64,000 bases of DNA, taken from NCBI GenBank assembly GCA_965223545.1, contig OZ245006.1:3008001-3072000 (forward strand). The letters are read 5' to 3'. Shown here in pieces: positions 37,224 through 46,658 of the stretch. Below the pieces are notes generated by a model that was not told the origin of the DNA, did not search any database, and saw nothing but the letters and a program-made list of their open reading frames with translations. Made by a program: the position numbers and the translations under genes. The first letter of the stretch is position 1. Every line of letters begins with the position of its first letter. The DNA is from Planctomycetota bacterium (lineage in GTDB: Bacteria; Planctomycetota; UBA1135; UBA2386).

Positions 37224-38528
37224 ATGCAATCACAACGCCCCCGCGGCGGCCTCGCGCTGCCGGCACTACTCGCCACCATCGCCACAACTGCAGCGGCCCA
37301 AGATCGTTGTGGCACGCCCGCCGCGCCTCGCGTGGCGCCCTCGCCCACTCTACGGACGACCGCATCCGACTGCGACCTCGGGTCCACCAACCCCGACCCG
37401 CGCTATGCGCCGACGGTCCTGTATCGGATCCCCGTCGTCATGCACGTGATCGAGCACACGAACGGATGGGGCGCGGTCACCGACCAGCAAGTTCAAGAAC
37501 AGATCGACATCCTCAACGAGGACTTCCGCGCGCTGCCGGGGACCCTCGGCGCCAACGGCTACGACACGATGGTCGAGTTCTACCTCGCGACCAGTGATCC
37601 CGAAGGCAACCCGACCAACGGGATCACCCGGTCGGTCAACAACAACTGGTTCCAGGACAAAGGCGCGTACTGGGAGAGCTTGGCCTGGGACACGTCGCGC
37701 TACCTCAACATCTACAGCAACACCGCCTCCAACTTCCTCGGCTACGTGCCGGACTTCCCCGCCAGCGGCACCTTGGTCGGAACCACGCGGGATCGCGTGG
37801 TCATCCACTGGCGAACGGTCGGCCGCGTGCCCTCGTTCGGCCCTCCGTTCCATCTGGGCCGCACGGCGACCCACGAGGTCGGGCACTACCTCGGCCTCTA
37901 TCACCCGTTCCAAGGCGGCTGCGACACGGCCGGCTGCTACGTCAGCGGCGACCTCATCTGTGACACCAACGACCAGGCCCAGCCGCTGTTCGGCTGCACG
38001 AACGCGAACAGCTGTGGCACGCCCGACCCGATCGACAACTACATGGGCTACGCCGACGACGACTGCATGATGCGGTTCACCGCCGAGCAAGCACTGCGCA
38101 TGCGCTGCACCTTCGAGAACTGGCGCCCCGACCTCGGCGCGCAGTGCGCGGTGGCCAGCGTCGGCTACCGCAACTCCGGCGCCAACGTCGACAGCTACGC
38201 GGCCTCCCGACCGATCCTGGGCAGCACGTTCCAAGCCACCGTCGACCTCACCACGACGGGACACACCAGCGCGGTCATCCTCGGCTACGACCGGGGGGAC
38301 ACGCTGGCCGTCATGAACGGTTACTTCCTGCTCGTCGATCCCAGCTCGACGCCGAGCGCGTGGTTCCCACCGGTCGTGCTCAACGGTCCGACCGCTCAGC
38401 TGAGCTACGCGATCCCGAACGACAGCGCCCTGTGTGGCCTGCGCATCTTCACGCAGGCGGTCCACGCCGGCGGCGCACCGGGGATCGCGCTCTCCAACGC
38501 GCAGGACCTGCTCTTCGGCACACAGTAG
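37224..38528 (+). CDS. Secreted M43 (pappalysin/ulilysin-like) zinc metalloprotease with a shared C-terminal domain
   Basis: Signal peptide, RCGT Cys-switch, IPVVMHVI, HEVGHYLGLYH and Met-turn NYMGY. Start is ATG 37224 with AAGGAG upstream. Confidence 0.9.
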   Translation: MQSQRPRGGLALPALLATIATTAAAQDRCGTPAAPRVAPSPTLRTTASDCDLGSTNPDPRYAPTVLYRIPVVMHVIEHTNGWGAVTDQQVQEQIDILNEDFRALPGTLGANGYDTMVEFYLATSDPEGNPTNGITRSVNNNWFQDKGAYWESLAWDTSRYLNIYSNTASNFLGYVPDFPASGTLVGTTRDRVVIHWRTVGRVPSFGPPFHLGRTATHEVGHYLGLYHPFQGGCDTAGCYVSGDLICDTNDQAQPLFGCTNANSCGTPDPIDNYMGYADDDCMMRFTAEQALRMRCTFENWRPDLGAQCAVASVGYRNSGANVDSYAASRPILGSTFQATVDLTTTGHTSAVILGYDRGDTLAVMNGYFLLVDPSSTPSAWFPPVVLNGPTAQLSYAIPNDSALCGLRIFTQAVHAGGAPGIALSNAQDLLFGTQ

Positions 38529-38550
38529 CGACCGAGCCAGCGCGCGGCGA

Positions 38551-41500
38551 TCACTTCGGCATCTTCGCCATCGACGCCGCGAACCGAGCCGCCTGCACGT
38601 ACTTGCCGAGCTCCTCGACGGTCGGTGACTCGAGGACGGTGCGCAGCGGCACACCCACCGCCAACCGCTCCTTCAGGCGTCCGATCATGCGGTTGGCGAG
38701 CAGCGAGTCGAAGCCGAGCTCGAACAGGTTGTCGTGCACACCGACTTCGCCGATCCCGATCAGCTCGCCAACCACCGCCGCGATCTCGCACTCGATCTCC
38801 GAGCTCGGCGCGACGTATCGGGTCGCCAGCTGCGGCCGGGCGTGCGCCTGGACGCCACTCGCCTGCTCCTCCGCCGGCGCGGCATCGGTGGCGCCAAGCT
38901 CACCGCGGCTCCTCGCCCAGCGCAGCTCGAGATCGCCTGGCACCACCAGCACCTCGGGCAGCGGATTGCGGAGCAGCCGGGCGAACGCGTCGCCTCCCTC
39001 GGCGGCGCGAATCGCGTCGCGCAGCGCCGCCTCGCGCGCGCTCCTCTGCTCGGCAGTCGCGTCGGCCGCAAGCGCGTCGGCGGCGAACCCGACGTCCGCC
39101 CACGCATCCCACTGCGCGGCGATCCATGCCGCCCCGCCGGCCCCTTCGCGCGCCAGAGCCCACGCGTCGAGCACCGCGTTGGCGGCGACGTAGTCGGCGA
39201 GCCCGATCCCGCCGAGCAACGTGCTGACCGAAGAGCACAGCAGCACGAAGTCGCGTGGCGCGTCGCCGAGCACCTCGGCGAGAACGCGCGTACCGGCAAC
39301 CTTGGCAGCGAGGGTCGCGGCGGCCTGCGCGGAATCCGGCTCATCGAGCATCCGGTGGGCGATCGCACCGGCGGCGTGCACCACACCGTCGATGGTGCCC
39401 GTGTGGCCGAGTGCCCGCTCGACCACGCCGGCCATGGCAGCCGCGTCGGTGACATCCGCGGTCTCCACGACCACGCGAGCACCCGCCGCCTCGAGCTCCA
39501 TCACCGCCTGGATGCGGCGCGCCGCTCGGTCGGTCGGCGGCTCGCCACCCGGCGCTTGCGGCCAGGAGGAGCGCGGTGGGAGCGGACTCCGGCCCACCAG
39601 CACGAGCACGACGCCGGCACTCTCGGCCAACCGACGAGCGAGGGCCAGACCGATGCCACCCAAGCCGCCAGTGATCAAGTACACGCCCTTGACGCGCCCC
39701 GGCGCACCGTCCGCCGGCGGCAGGGGTGCCGGCACGATGGACCGCACCCAGCGCTGGCGACCCCGGTAGGCGACGACCCGGTCCGCACTCTCGCCGCGCG
39801 CCTCGGCGAGCACCTGCGCCGCCACGGCGGTGGCGTCGGTCTCGCGTTCCAACAGCACGTCGATGCTGCGGCAGGTCACCAGCGGAGATTCTTGGCCCAA
39901 CACCAACGCCGGCCCGAAGACGGCCGCTCGCTCCGGCCGCCGCACGGTGACTCCGCCGGCGTCGCGCAGCTGGTTGCTGACGACCTCGAGCTGGGCGGAC
40001 TGGTTGGCGAGGACCTGGGCGAGCGCGACCAGACTGTCGAAGCCCGCCCGCAGGTCGCGATCGTCGTCCGCCGCACCGGGCGCCGCGTCCACGACAGCGC
40101 CCAAGTGCACGACGATCATCCGCCGGTCGGCCTGGCGCGCCCGCCCGAGTTCGGCGGCGAACTCCTCCCGTCCCAGCGCGGCCCGACAACGCCGCACCGG
40201 ATCGCCGGCCTCGGCGAGCGCGCGCTGCAGGGCGTCGCCCAGCCCGTTCCCGTCGCCGACCAACAGCCAGCACGCAGGCCCGGCGGCGGCAGCCGGCACT
40301 GCGGCCGCGGTGCGCCGCCAGCCCGGGGTGAAGAACCAACGTCCGACGTCGTCGTTGCGCCCGACCGCCGGCGTTCCCGCCCCGGCCGAATCACCAGAGC
40401 CAGCAGCATCCGCATCCACCCAGTGGCGCACGCGGGCAAAGGGATAGGTCGGCAGGGAGACCCGGCGCACCGGTGCCTCACCGTGCGTTGCGCGCCAGTC
40501 CAGCGCAACGTCCGCGAGCCACAGCCGCGCCGCCGCCGCAGACAACGCCTCGCCGTCCGACACCGTGTCCTGCGGGTGCCGCATCGAGCTCACCACCACC
40601 CGGCCGGCAACTCCCTGCTGCTTCGACAGCGCGCTCAGCGTCTGCCCCGGGCCGACTTCCAGCAGCACCAGCCCCTCCTCCGCCAACAGCCTGCCCGCGC
40701 CATCCGCGAACCGCACCGCGTGCCGCAGGTTGCGTCCCCAATACTCCGGCGCCTGCCAGTCCTCGGCCGCGATCCAGTCCCCCGTCACCGTCGACACACA
40801 CCGCGCACCGGCCGGTTGTCGAGAAACCGCCGCCACCGCCCGCTCGAACTCCGCGACGATCGGCTCCATCATCGACGAGTGGAACGCGTGGCTCGTGTGC
40901 AACGGCCGGCACGGCAGGTCGCGCTCCGACAGCTCCGCCTCCAACGCCGACACGGCGGCGTGCGGGCCCGACACCACGCACGAGCGCGGCCCGTTCACCG
41001 CGGCCAGCGACAGCTCACCGCCGGCCGGCAGCTGGCCGAGCAGCGCTCCAACCTCCGCCTCGCCCAGCGGCACGCTCAGCATCGCGCCACCCGGCAGCGC
41101 CTGCATCAACCGACCCCGCAGCGCGACCAGCGCCAGCGCGTCCGACAGCTCGAACACACCCGCCAACGTCGCCGCCACGAACTCGCCGATGCTGTGGCCC
41201 AAGAACGCCGACGGCACCACGCCGAACGACCGCCACAGCTCCGCCAGCGCGTACTCCACCGCGAAGATCGCCGGCTGCGTCCATCGGGTCTGCTGCAGCC
41301 GCTCGGCGTCTTCCGCCGACGGCGACGCCGGATACAGCAGCGCGCGCAGGTCTCCCTCCAGGTGCGGTTGCAGCAGCTCGGCGCACCGGTCCAGCGCGGC
41401 GCGGAACACCGGGTAGCCCTCGTACAACGACCGCCCCATGCCGACGTACTGCGCGCCCTGTCCGGGGAACAAGAACGCGACCCGTGCCTCACCGTCGCCC

Positions 41501-44500
41501 CGCGCTCCCGCCAGCACGCGCTTGGCATCCCCACCGGCCAGCACCTCGGCCGCGTCGGCGGCATCGCGCACCACCAGCGCGCGCCGGTGCGCCAGCCCCG
41601 AACGGCTCGCCTGCGTGGTCCACGCCACGTCTTGCAAACCCTGCTCCGGGTGCGCGCGCAGGTGCGCCGCCAACCGCGCCGACATCTCGTCCAGCGCCGC
41701 CACCGTGTGCGCCGACAGCGTCAGCACCTCGCATTCGCGCGTCGCCTCGGCCGGCACCGGCCGCGCCGGCGCCTCCTCCAGCACGGCGTGCGCGTTCGTC
41801 CCGCCCAGACCGAACGAGCTCACCGCGGCACGGCGTGGAACCGAGCCACGCTGCCACGTGCGGTATGCCGCGTTGACGAAGAATGGAGACGCCGCGAAGT
41901 CGATCTCCGGGTTGGGCCGCTCGTAGTGCAGGCTCGGCGGAATCGCCTCGTTCTGCAGGGCAAGTACCGCCTTGATGAAGCCGGCGATGCCGGCGGCGGC
42001 ATCGAGATGCCCCATGTTCGACTTGACCGAGCCGATGGCGCAGAACTGGCGATCGACCGTCGCTGCGGAATAAGCCTTCGACAGCGCGGCGATCTCGATG
42101 GGGTCGCCCAGCGTCGTCGCCGTGCCGTGACACTCGACGTAGCCGATGCTGCGCGGATCGACGCCGGCCATGCTCTGCGCCATGGCGACGACCTCGGCCT
42201 GCCCGTCGACGCTGGGCGCGGTGAAGCCGACCTTGTTGGCGCCATCGTTGTTCATCGCCGCGCCGCGCACGACGGCCCGCACCGGGTCGCCGTCGGCGAG
42301 CGCATCGGCCAGCCGTTTGAGTACGACGACTCCACAGCCATCGCCACTCAGCGTCCCCTTCGCCGCGGCATCGAACGGCCGGCAGTGCCCGTCCGGCGAC
42401 AGGATCTGCCCCTCCTCGTAGAGGTGCCCCGTCTTCTGCGGGAAATTGATCTGCACGCCCCCCGCCAGCGCCATGTCGCACTGGAAGTCGCGCAGACTCT
42501 GGCAGGCTTGCACCACCGCCACCAGCGAGGTCGAGCACGCGGTGTCGACTTCCACGCTCGGCCCCTTGAGGTCCAACTTGTAGGACACCCTGGTCGTCAA
42601 GAACCCCGAGTAGTTGAGCAGGAACACCTGGAACGGCGACATCGACGCCAAGAAGCGCGCGTTGCGCAACAGCTGGTTGCGCCGGTAGCTGTTCGGTCCA
42701 CAGCCGGCGAAGACGCCGACCGACCCCGCCCGGAGCGGGTCGTAGCCCGCGTCCTCGAGCGCGGCGTGCGCGACCTGCAAGAACACACGGTGTTGCGGGT
42801 CCATCGCGTCCGCTTCGCGCGGATTGACGCCGAACGCCTCGGCGTCGAACAGATCGGCGTCTTCGAGCACGGCCCGCGCCCGCACGTAGTCGTCGCGGTC
42901 GAGCCAAGCCGGATCGACACCTGCAGCGAGGACCTCTTCGTCGGAGAAGAAGCTCACGCACTCGATCCCGTCGGCCAAGTTGCGCCAGTATGCGTCGACG
43001 TCGGGTGCCTTGGGAAAGCGCGCCGCGATGCCGATCACCGCGATCGCCTCGCCGTCCGCCGCCGCATCGCCCCGGCGGACAAGCCGCGCGCGCACCGCCG
43101 CGAACGCGTCCTCCTCCCCATCGCCGCCCCGCAGGTGCGCCGCCATCGCGCCCACCGTCGGATACTGGAACACCTCCGCGATCGACAGCTCCACGCCACA
43201 GCGCTCCGCCAAACGCCGCCGCAGCTGCACGATCAGCAGCGAGTGGCCACCCAGGTCGAAGAAGTTGTCGCCGCGCCCGACCCGCTCGACCTCCAACAGC
43301 TCCCGCCAAATCGCCGCGACCTCTTCCTCCAGCTCCCCCGACGGCGCCACGTACCCCGCACCGCCGCGCGCTCCCACCTCGCGCCCCATCAGCGCCGCGC
43401 GGTCCACCTTGCCGTTCGGCGTCAGCGGATACTCCGCCAGCTCCACCAGCACACCCGGCACCATGTACTCCGGCAGCGAACCGCGCAGATGCTCGCGCAG
43501 CGCGCCCTCCGTCGCCTCCGCGTTGCCCGGCTCGACGCGGTAGAAGCCCACCAGCTGCACGTCGCCGCGCCGTTTGGTCTGCGCCACCACCACCGCGTCT
43601 CGCACGCCGCCGTGCCCCGCCAGCACCGCCTCGATCTCGCCCAGCTCGATCCGGAAGCCGCGCACCTTCACCTGGTGGTCGATCCGGCCCAAGAACTCCA
43701 GCTCACCCGCGTTCGTGTAGCGCGCGAGGTCGCCCGTCTCGTAGATCCGACCCGTCTCCGCAAACGGGTGCGCCACGAACTTCTCCGCCGTCAGCGCATC
43801 GCGACGCCAGTAGCCCCGCGCCAGCCCGTCACCGCCCAAGAACAGCTTGCCGGGAACACCCACCGGCACCGGCTGGCCGTGCCGGTCCAGCAGGTACACC
43901 TCCGTGTTCGCGATCGGCGCACCGATCGGCACCGGACCGCTCCCCGACTCCACCCGGCCGCACAGCGACCAGATCGTCGTCTCCGTCGGCCCGTACATGT
44001 TCCACACTTCGCCCACCAGCGGCAGCAGCCGCTCCGCCAGCTCACGCGGAAACGCCTCGCCGCCGCACAGCACCTTCAGCCCCGACAGGCCGCCCCATCC
44101 CGACTCCAGCAGCAGGTGCCACGTCGCCGGCGTCGCCTGCATCACCGTCGCGCCACACGACTCCATCAGCGCCGCCAGCTGCTCGCCGTCGCTCGCCTGC
44201 GCGCTCGTCGCGATCTCCACCCGGCCGCCGACCAACAGCGGCAGGTACAGCTCCAGGCCCGCGATGTCGAACGAGATCGTCGTCACCCCGAGCAGCGTGT
44301 CCTCGCTCCCCATCCCCGGGCTCGACGCCATCGCGCACAGAAAGTTCAGCAGCGCCCGGTGCTCGATCTGCACCCCCTTCGGCCGCCCCGTCGAACCCGA
44401 CGTGAAGATCACGTACGCCAGATCACCGGGCCCCGCCGCCGGCGCCAGCGGCGCGGCGCTTTGCGCGGCGATCGCCGCTCGCGTCCCTTCCTCCTCGAGG

Positions 44501-46431
44501 TCCAGCACCGCCGGCAGCGACGGCGGTAGCCGTGGCAGCAGCCCGCTCTGCGTCACCAGCAGCGAGATCTCCGCGTCCTCCATGATGAACGCCAATCGAT
44601 CCGCCGGGAACGACGGGTCCAGCGGTACGTACGCGGCGCCGGCCTTCTGGATCGCCAGCAGCGCCACCAGCATCCCGACCGAGCGCTCCACCGACACGCC
44701 CACCAGCTGCCCAGGAGCCACGCCCCGCGACGACAGCTCGCGCGCCAGCTGGTTGCTGCGCGCCTCCAGCTCGGCGTGGCTCAGCTGCTCGCCGCCGCAC
44801 GACACCGCCACCGCGTCACCGCGCTCCGCCGCGACCCGGCTGAGCTCGACCACCAACGTCGAGTCGCGCGGATACTCCCGCTGCGTTGCTGCACTCGATG
44901 CCACCACTGCCGCGCGCTCGCTCTCCGTCAGCAGCGGCAGCTCCCAGATGCTCGCTTCCGGCGACGCGGCGACGCCTTCGAGCAGCGCGATGAAGTGGCC
45001 GGTCATGCGCACGACGGTTTGCTCGTCGAACAGATCGCTGTTGTACTCGAACGCACCGACGTCGTTGCCGAGGATGAGCGACAGGTCGAACATCGCCGCC
45101 GCGGTGTCGGGCGAAGTCCACTCGACCTCGAGGCCGCCGAACGCCGGCAGGTCCGCGTCGTAGAGGACGTTGAACAGCACCTGGAACAGGGGGTTGCGGC
45201 TCAGGTCGCGGTCCGGCTTGAGCTCGACGACCAGCTGCTCGAACGGCATCTCCTGATGGGCAAATGCGTCCAGCGCTACCTTGCGGACGCGCGCCAACAA
45301 AGCGCGGAAGCTCGGCGCGCCGGTGAGATCGACGCGCAGCACCAGCGTGTTCAAGAACAGGCCGATCAGGGGCTCGGTCTCGGTGCGATCGCGGTTGGCG
45401 ACCGGCGTCCCGACCGCGATGTCATCCTGCCCCGAGTAGCGCGCCAGCAGCACGTGGAACGCCGCCAGCATGGTCATGAAGTAGGTGCAGCCCTCGCTCC
45501 GCCCCAGGGCCTTGACCGCCTCGTGCGTGGTGGCCGGAATGTCGAAGGCGCGCCGCGTGCCGTGGAACGTCTGCTGTGGGGGCCGCGGCCGGTCGGTCGG
45601 CAGCTCGAGGGGGGCTAGTCCGGCCAGTCGTTCGCGCCAGTACTCCACCAACCGCCCGGAAGCGGTCGGATACCAACGCCGCTGCCAAGCCGCGTAGTCG
45701 CCGTACTGGACCGTCAGCGCCGGCAGAGGGGATGCACGCCCCTCGGTGCGCGCCTCGTACAGGGCCGCGATCTCCTTGAACAGCACGCCGTAGCTCCAGC
45801 CGTCGCTGATCAGGTGCAGCATGGTCAGCACCAAGAGGTGCTCGCGGGCGGCGGTCTTGACCAGCGTGAAGCGGTAGAGCGGCGGGTCTTTGTGATCGAA
45901 CGATCGCTCGAACTCAGCCCGCGCGAACTCGTCCGCCGCGCGGCCCGGGTCGTCGCGGTCGGTGAAGTCCAGCACCGACAGCACGCCGCCTCGCGGCTCG
46001 TCGACGACCTGCACCGGACCGTCCCCGGCCAGCCGGAACGCGGTGCGCAGGATCTCGTGCCGGCGCTCGATCTCGTCGAAGCTCCACGCCATCGCCGGCA
46101 GGTCGAGGGCGCCGTGCAGGCGCACCGCGTACACGAGGTTGTACGCGGCGGTGTCCTGCTCGAACTGCAGCAAGAACCAAAACCGCTGTTGGGCAAACGA
46201 CAGCGGCAACGGCGCTTGCCGATCCGCCGGCGTGATGCCAGCCGCCGCCGGCGCCGCGCTTTGCTTGGCAGCGCCGAGAAAGCGAACGAGCTCTTCCTCG
46301 CGCGCGCGCACCTCGGCGAGCAGCTCGGCCGGCACCGGCGTATCGCCTTCGTCGACCCGGAGACGACCGTCTTCGATGCGCAGCCGCACCCCGAGCTGGC
46401 GAAGCCGCGCCAACAGAGGGACCACGCTCAT
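38551..46431 (-). CDS. Hybrid NRPS-PKS: TubC_N-like docking domain-C-A(Gly)-PCP-KS-AT(malonyl)-KR-ACP, no TE
   Basis: C: LSFAQQRFWF and LHLISDG. A: YVIFTSGSTGRPKG and YGPTE, specificity code read as DILQLGMIWK. PCP: LGGHSL. KS: DTACSTS, HGTAT, SNMGH. AT: GHSIG and HAFH. KR: ITGGLGGIG and YVAAN. ACP: LGFDSL. Confidence 0.95.
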   Translation of the reverse strand: MSVVPLLARLRQLGVRLRIEDGRLRVDEGDTPVPAELLAEVRAREEELVRFLGAAKQSAAPAAAGITPADRQAPLPLSFAQQRFWFLLQFEQDTAAYNLVYAVRLHGALDLPAMAWSFDEIERRHEILRTAFRLAGDGPVQVVDEPRGGVLSVLDFTDRDDPGRAADEFARAEFERSFDHKDPPLYRFTLVKTAAREHLLVLTMLHLISDGWSYGVLFKEIAALYEARTEGRASPLPALTVQYGDYAAWQRRWYPTASGRLVEYWRERLAGLAPLELPTDRPRPPQQTFHGTRRAFDIPATTHEAVKALGRSEGCTYFMTMLAAFHVLLARYSGQDDIAVGTPVANRDRTETEPLIGLFLNTLVLRVDLTGAPSFRALLARVRKVALDAFAHQEMPFEQLVVELKPDRDLSRNPLFQVLFNVLYDADLPAFGGLEVEWTSPDTAAAMFDLSLILGNDVGAFEYNSDLFDEQTVVRMTGHFIALLEGVAASPEASIWELPLLTESERAAVVASSAATQREYPRDSTLVVELSRVAAERGDAVAVSCGGEQLSHAELEARSNQLARELSSRGVAPGQLVGVSVERSVGMLVALLAIQKAGAAYVPLDPSFPADRLAFIMEDAEISLLVTQSGLLPRLPPSLPAVLDLEEEGTRAAIAAQSAAPLAPAAGPGDLAYVIFTSGSTGRPKGVQIEHRALLNFLCAMASSPGMGSEDTLLGVTTISFDIAGLELYLPLLVGGRVEIATSAQASDGEQLAALMESCGATVMQATPATWHLLLESGWGGLSGLKVLCGGEAFPRELAERLLPLVGEVWNMYGPTETTIWSLCGRVESGSGPVPIGAPIANTEVYLLDRHGQPVPVGVPGKLFLGGDGLARGYWRRDALTAEKFVAHPFAETGRIYETGDLARYTNAGELEFLGRIDHQVKVRGFRIELGEIEAVLAGHGGVRDAVVVAQTKRRGDVQLVGFYRVEPGNAEATEGALREHLRGSLPEYMVPGVLVELAEYPLTPNGKVDRAALMGREVGARGGAGYVAPSGELEEEVAAIWRELLEVERVGRGDNFFDLGGHSLLIVQLRRRLAERCGVELSIAEVFQYPTVGAMAAHLRGGDGEEDAFAAVRARLVRRGDAAADGEAIAVIGIAARFPKAPDVDAYWRNLADGIECVSFFSDEEVLAAGVDPAWLDRDDYVRARAVLEDADLFDAEAFGVNPREADAMDPQHRVFLQVAHAALEDAGYDPLRAGSVGVFAGCGPNSYRRNQLLRNARFLASMSPFQVFLLNYSGFLTTRVSYKLDLKGPSVEVDTACSTSLVAVVQACQSLRDFQCDMALAGGVQINFPQKTGHLYEEGQILSPDGHCRPFDAAAKGTLSGDGCGVVVLKRLADALADGDPVRAVVRGAAMNNDGANKVGFTAPSVDGQAEVVAMAQSMAGVDPRSIGYVECHGTATTLGDPIEIAALSKAYSAATVDRQFCAIGSVKSNMGHLDAAAGIAGFIKAVLALQNEAIPPSLHYERPNPEIDFAASPFFVNAAYRTWQRGSVPRRAAVSSFGLGGTNAHAVLEEAPARPVPAEATRECEVLTLSAHTVAALDEMSARLAAHLRAHPEQGLQDVAWTTQASRSGLAHRRALVVRDAADAAEVLAGGDAKRVLAGARGDGEARVAFLFPGQGAQYVGMGRSLYEGYPVFRAALDRCAELLQPHLEGDLRALLYPASPSAEDAERLQQTRWTQPAIFAVEYALAELWRSFGVVPSAFLGHSIGEFVAATLAGVFELSDALALVALRGRLMQALPGGAMLSVPLGEAEVGALLGQLPAGGELSLAAVNGPRSCVVSGPHAAVSALEAELSERDLPCRPLHTSHAFHSSMMEPIVAEFERAVAAVSRQPAGARCVSTVTGDWIAAEDWQAPEYWGRNLRHAVRFADGAGRLLAEEGLVLLEVGPGQTLSALSKQQGVAGRVVVSSMRHPQDTVSDGEALSAAAARLWLADVALDWRATHGEAPVRRVSLPTYPFARVRHWVDADAAGSGDSAGAGTPAVGRNDDVGRWFFTPGWRRTAAAVPAAAAGPACWLLVGDGNGLGDALQRALAEAGDPVRRCRAALGREEFAAELGRARQADRRMIVVHLGAVVDAAPGAADDDRDLRAGFDSLVALAQVLANQSAQLEVVSNQLRDAGGVTVRRPERAAVFGPALVLGQESPLVTCRSIDVLLERETDATAVAAQVLAEARGESADRVVAYRGRQRWVRSIVPAPLPPADGAPGRVKGVYLITGGLGGIGLALARRLAESAGVVLVLVGRSPLPPRSSWPQAPGGEPPTDRAARRIQAVMELEAAGARVVVETADVTDAAAMAGVVERALGHTGTIDGVVHAAGAIAHRMLDEPDSAQAAATLAAKVAGTRVLAEVLGDAPRDFVLLCSSVSTLLGGIGLADYVAANAVLDAWALAREGAGGAAWIAAQWDAWADVGFAADALAADATAEQRSAREAALRDAIRAAEGGDAFARLLRNPLPEVLVVPGDLELRWARSRGELGATDAAPAEEQASGVQAHARPQLATRYVAPSSEIECEIAAVVGELIGIGEVGVHDNLFELGFDSLLANRMIGRLKERLAVGVPLRTVLESPTVEELGKYVQAARFAASMAKMPK
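40433..41805. repeat. About 1.37-kb near-identical direct repeat, copy 1 (KS-AT linker plus AT)
   Basis: Matches 61141-62513 at a constant offset of 20708 with only scattered substitutions. Confidence 0.92.
42984..43286. repeat. Direct repeat of at least 303 bp, copy 1 (PCP, linker and KS start)
   Basis: Appears identical to 63698-64000 (offset 20714); the second copy is cut by the window end. Confidence 0.92.
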
Positions 46432-46658
46432 CGGCAGAGCCTTCGGTCGGCCTGGGCGGGGGGCGGCGAAAACGGATCGGACATGGGTCCCTGCAGGGGC
46501 TGATCGGGCGTCGGCGGCACGGTGCTGAACAGAGGAGACGGGTCGACGGGCATCTTATGGAATCCGCCGGCGAGCGGCGCCTCAATCAGCACCTAACCCG
46601 TTCTTGCATCAACGGTTGTGGAGCAACCCACCAGCCAGTGGCTCTTCCCCCTCGTCGC

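Noticed and set aside
38734..44529. 1931-aa plus-strand ORF
   Set aside because: Antisense to the NRPS-PKS, with Arg/His/Gln-rich shadow composition and no domains.
46428..46484. 18-codon minus-strand ORF (MSDPFSPPPAQADRRLCR) whose stop overlaps the NRPS-PKS start
   Set aside because: Too short and featureless to support as a leader or precursor peptide without expression data.
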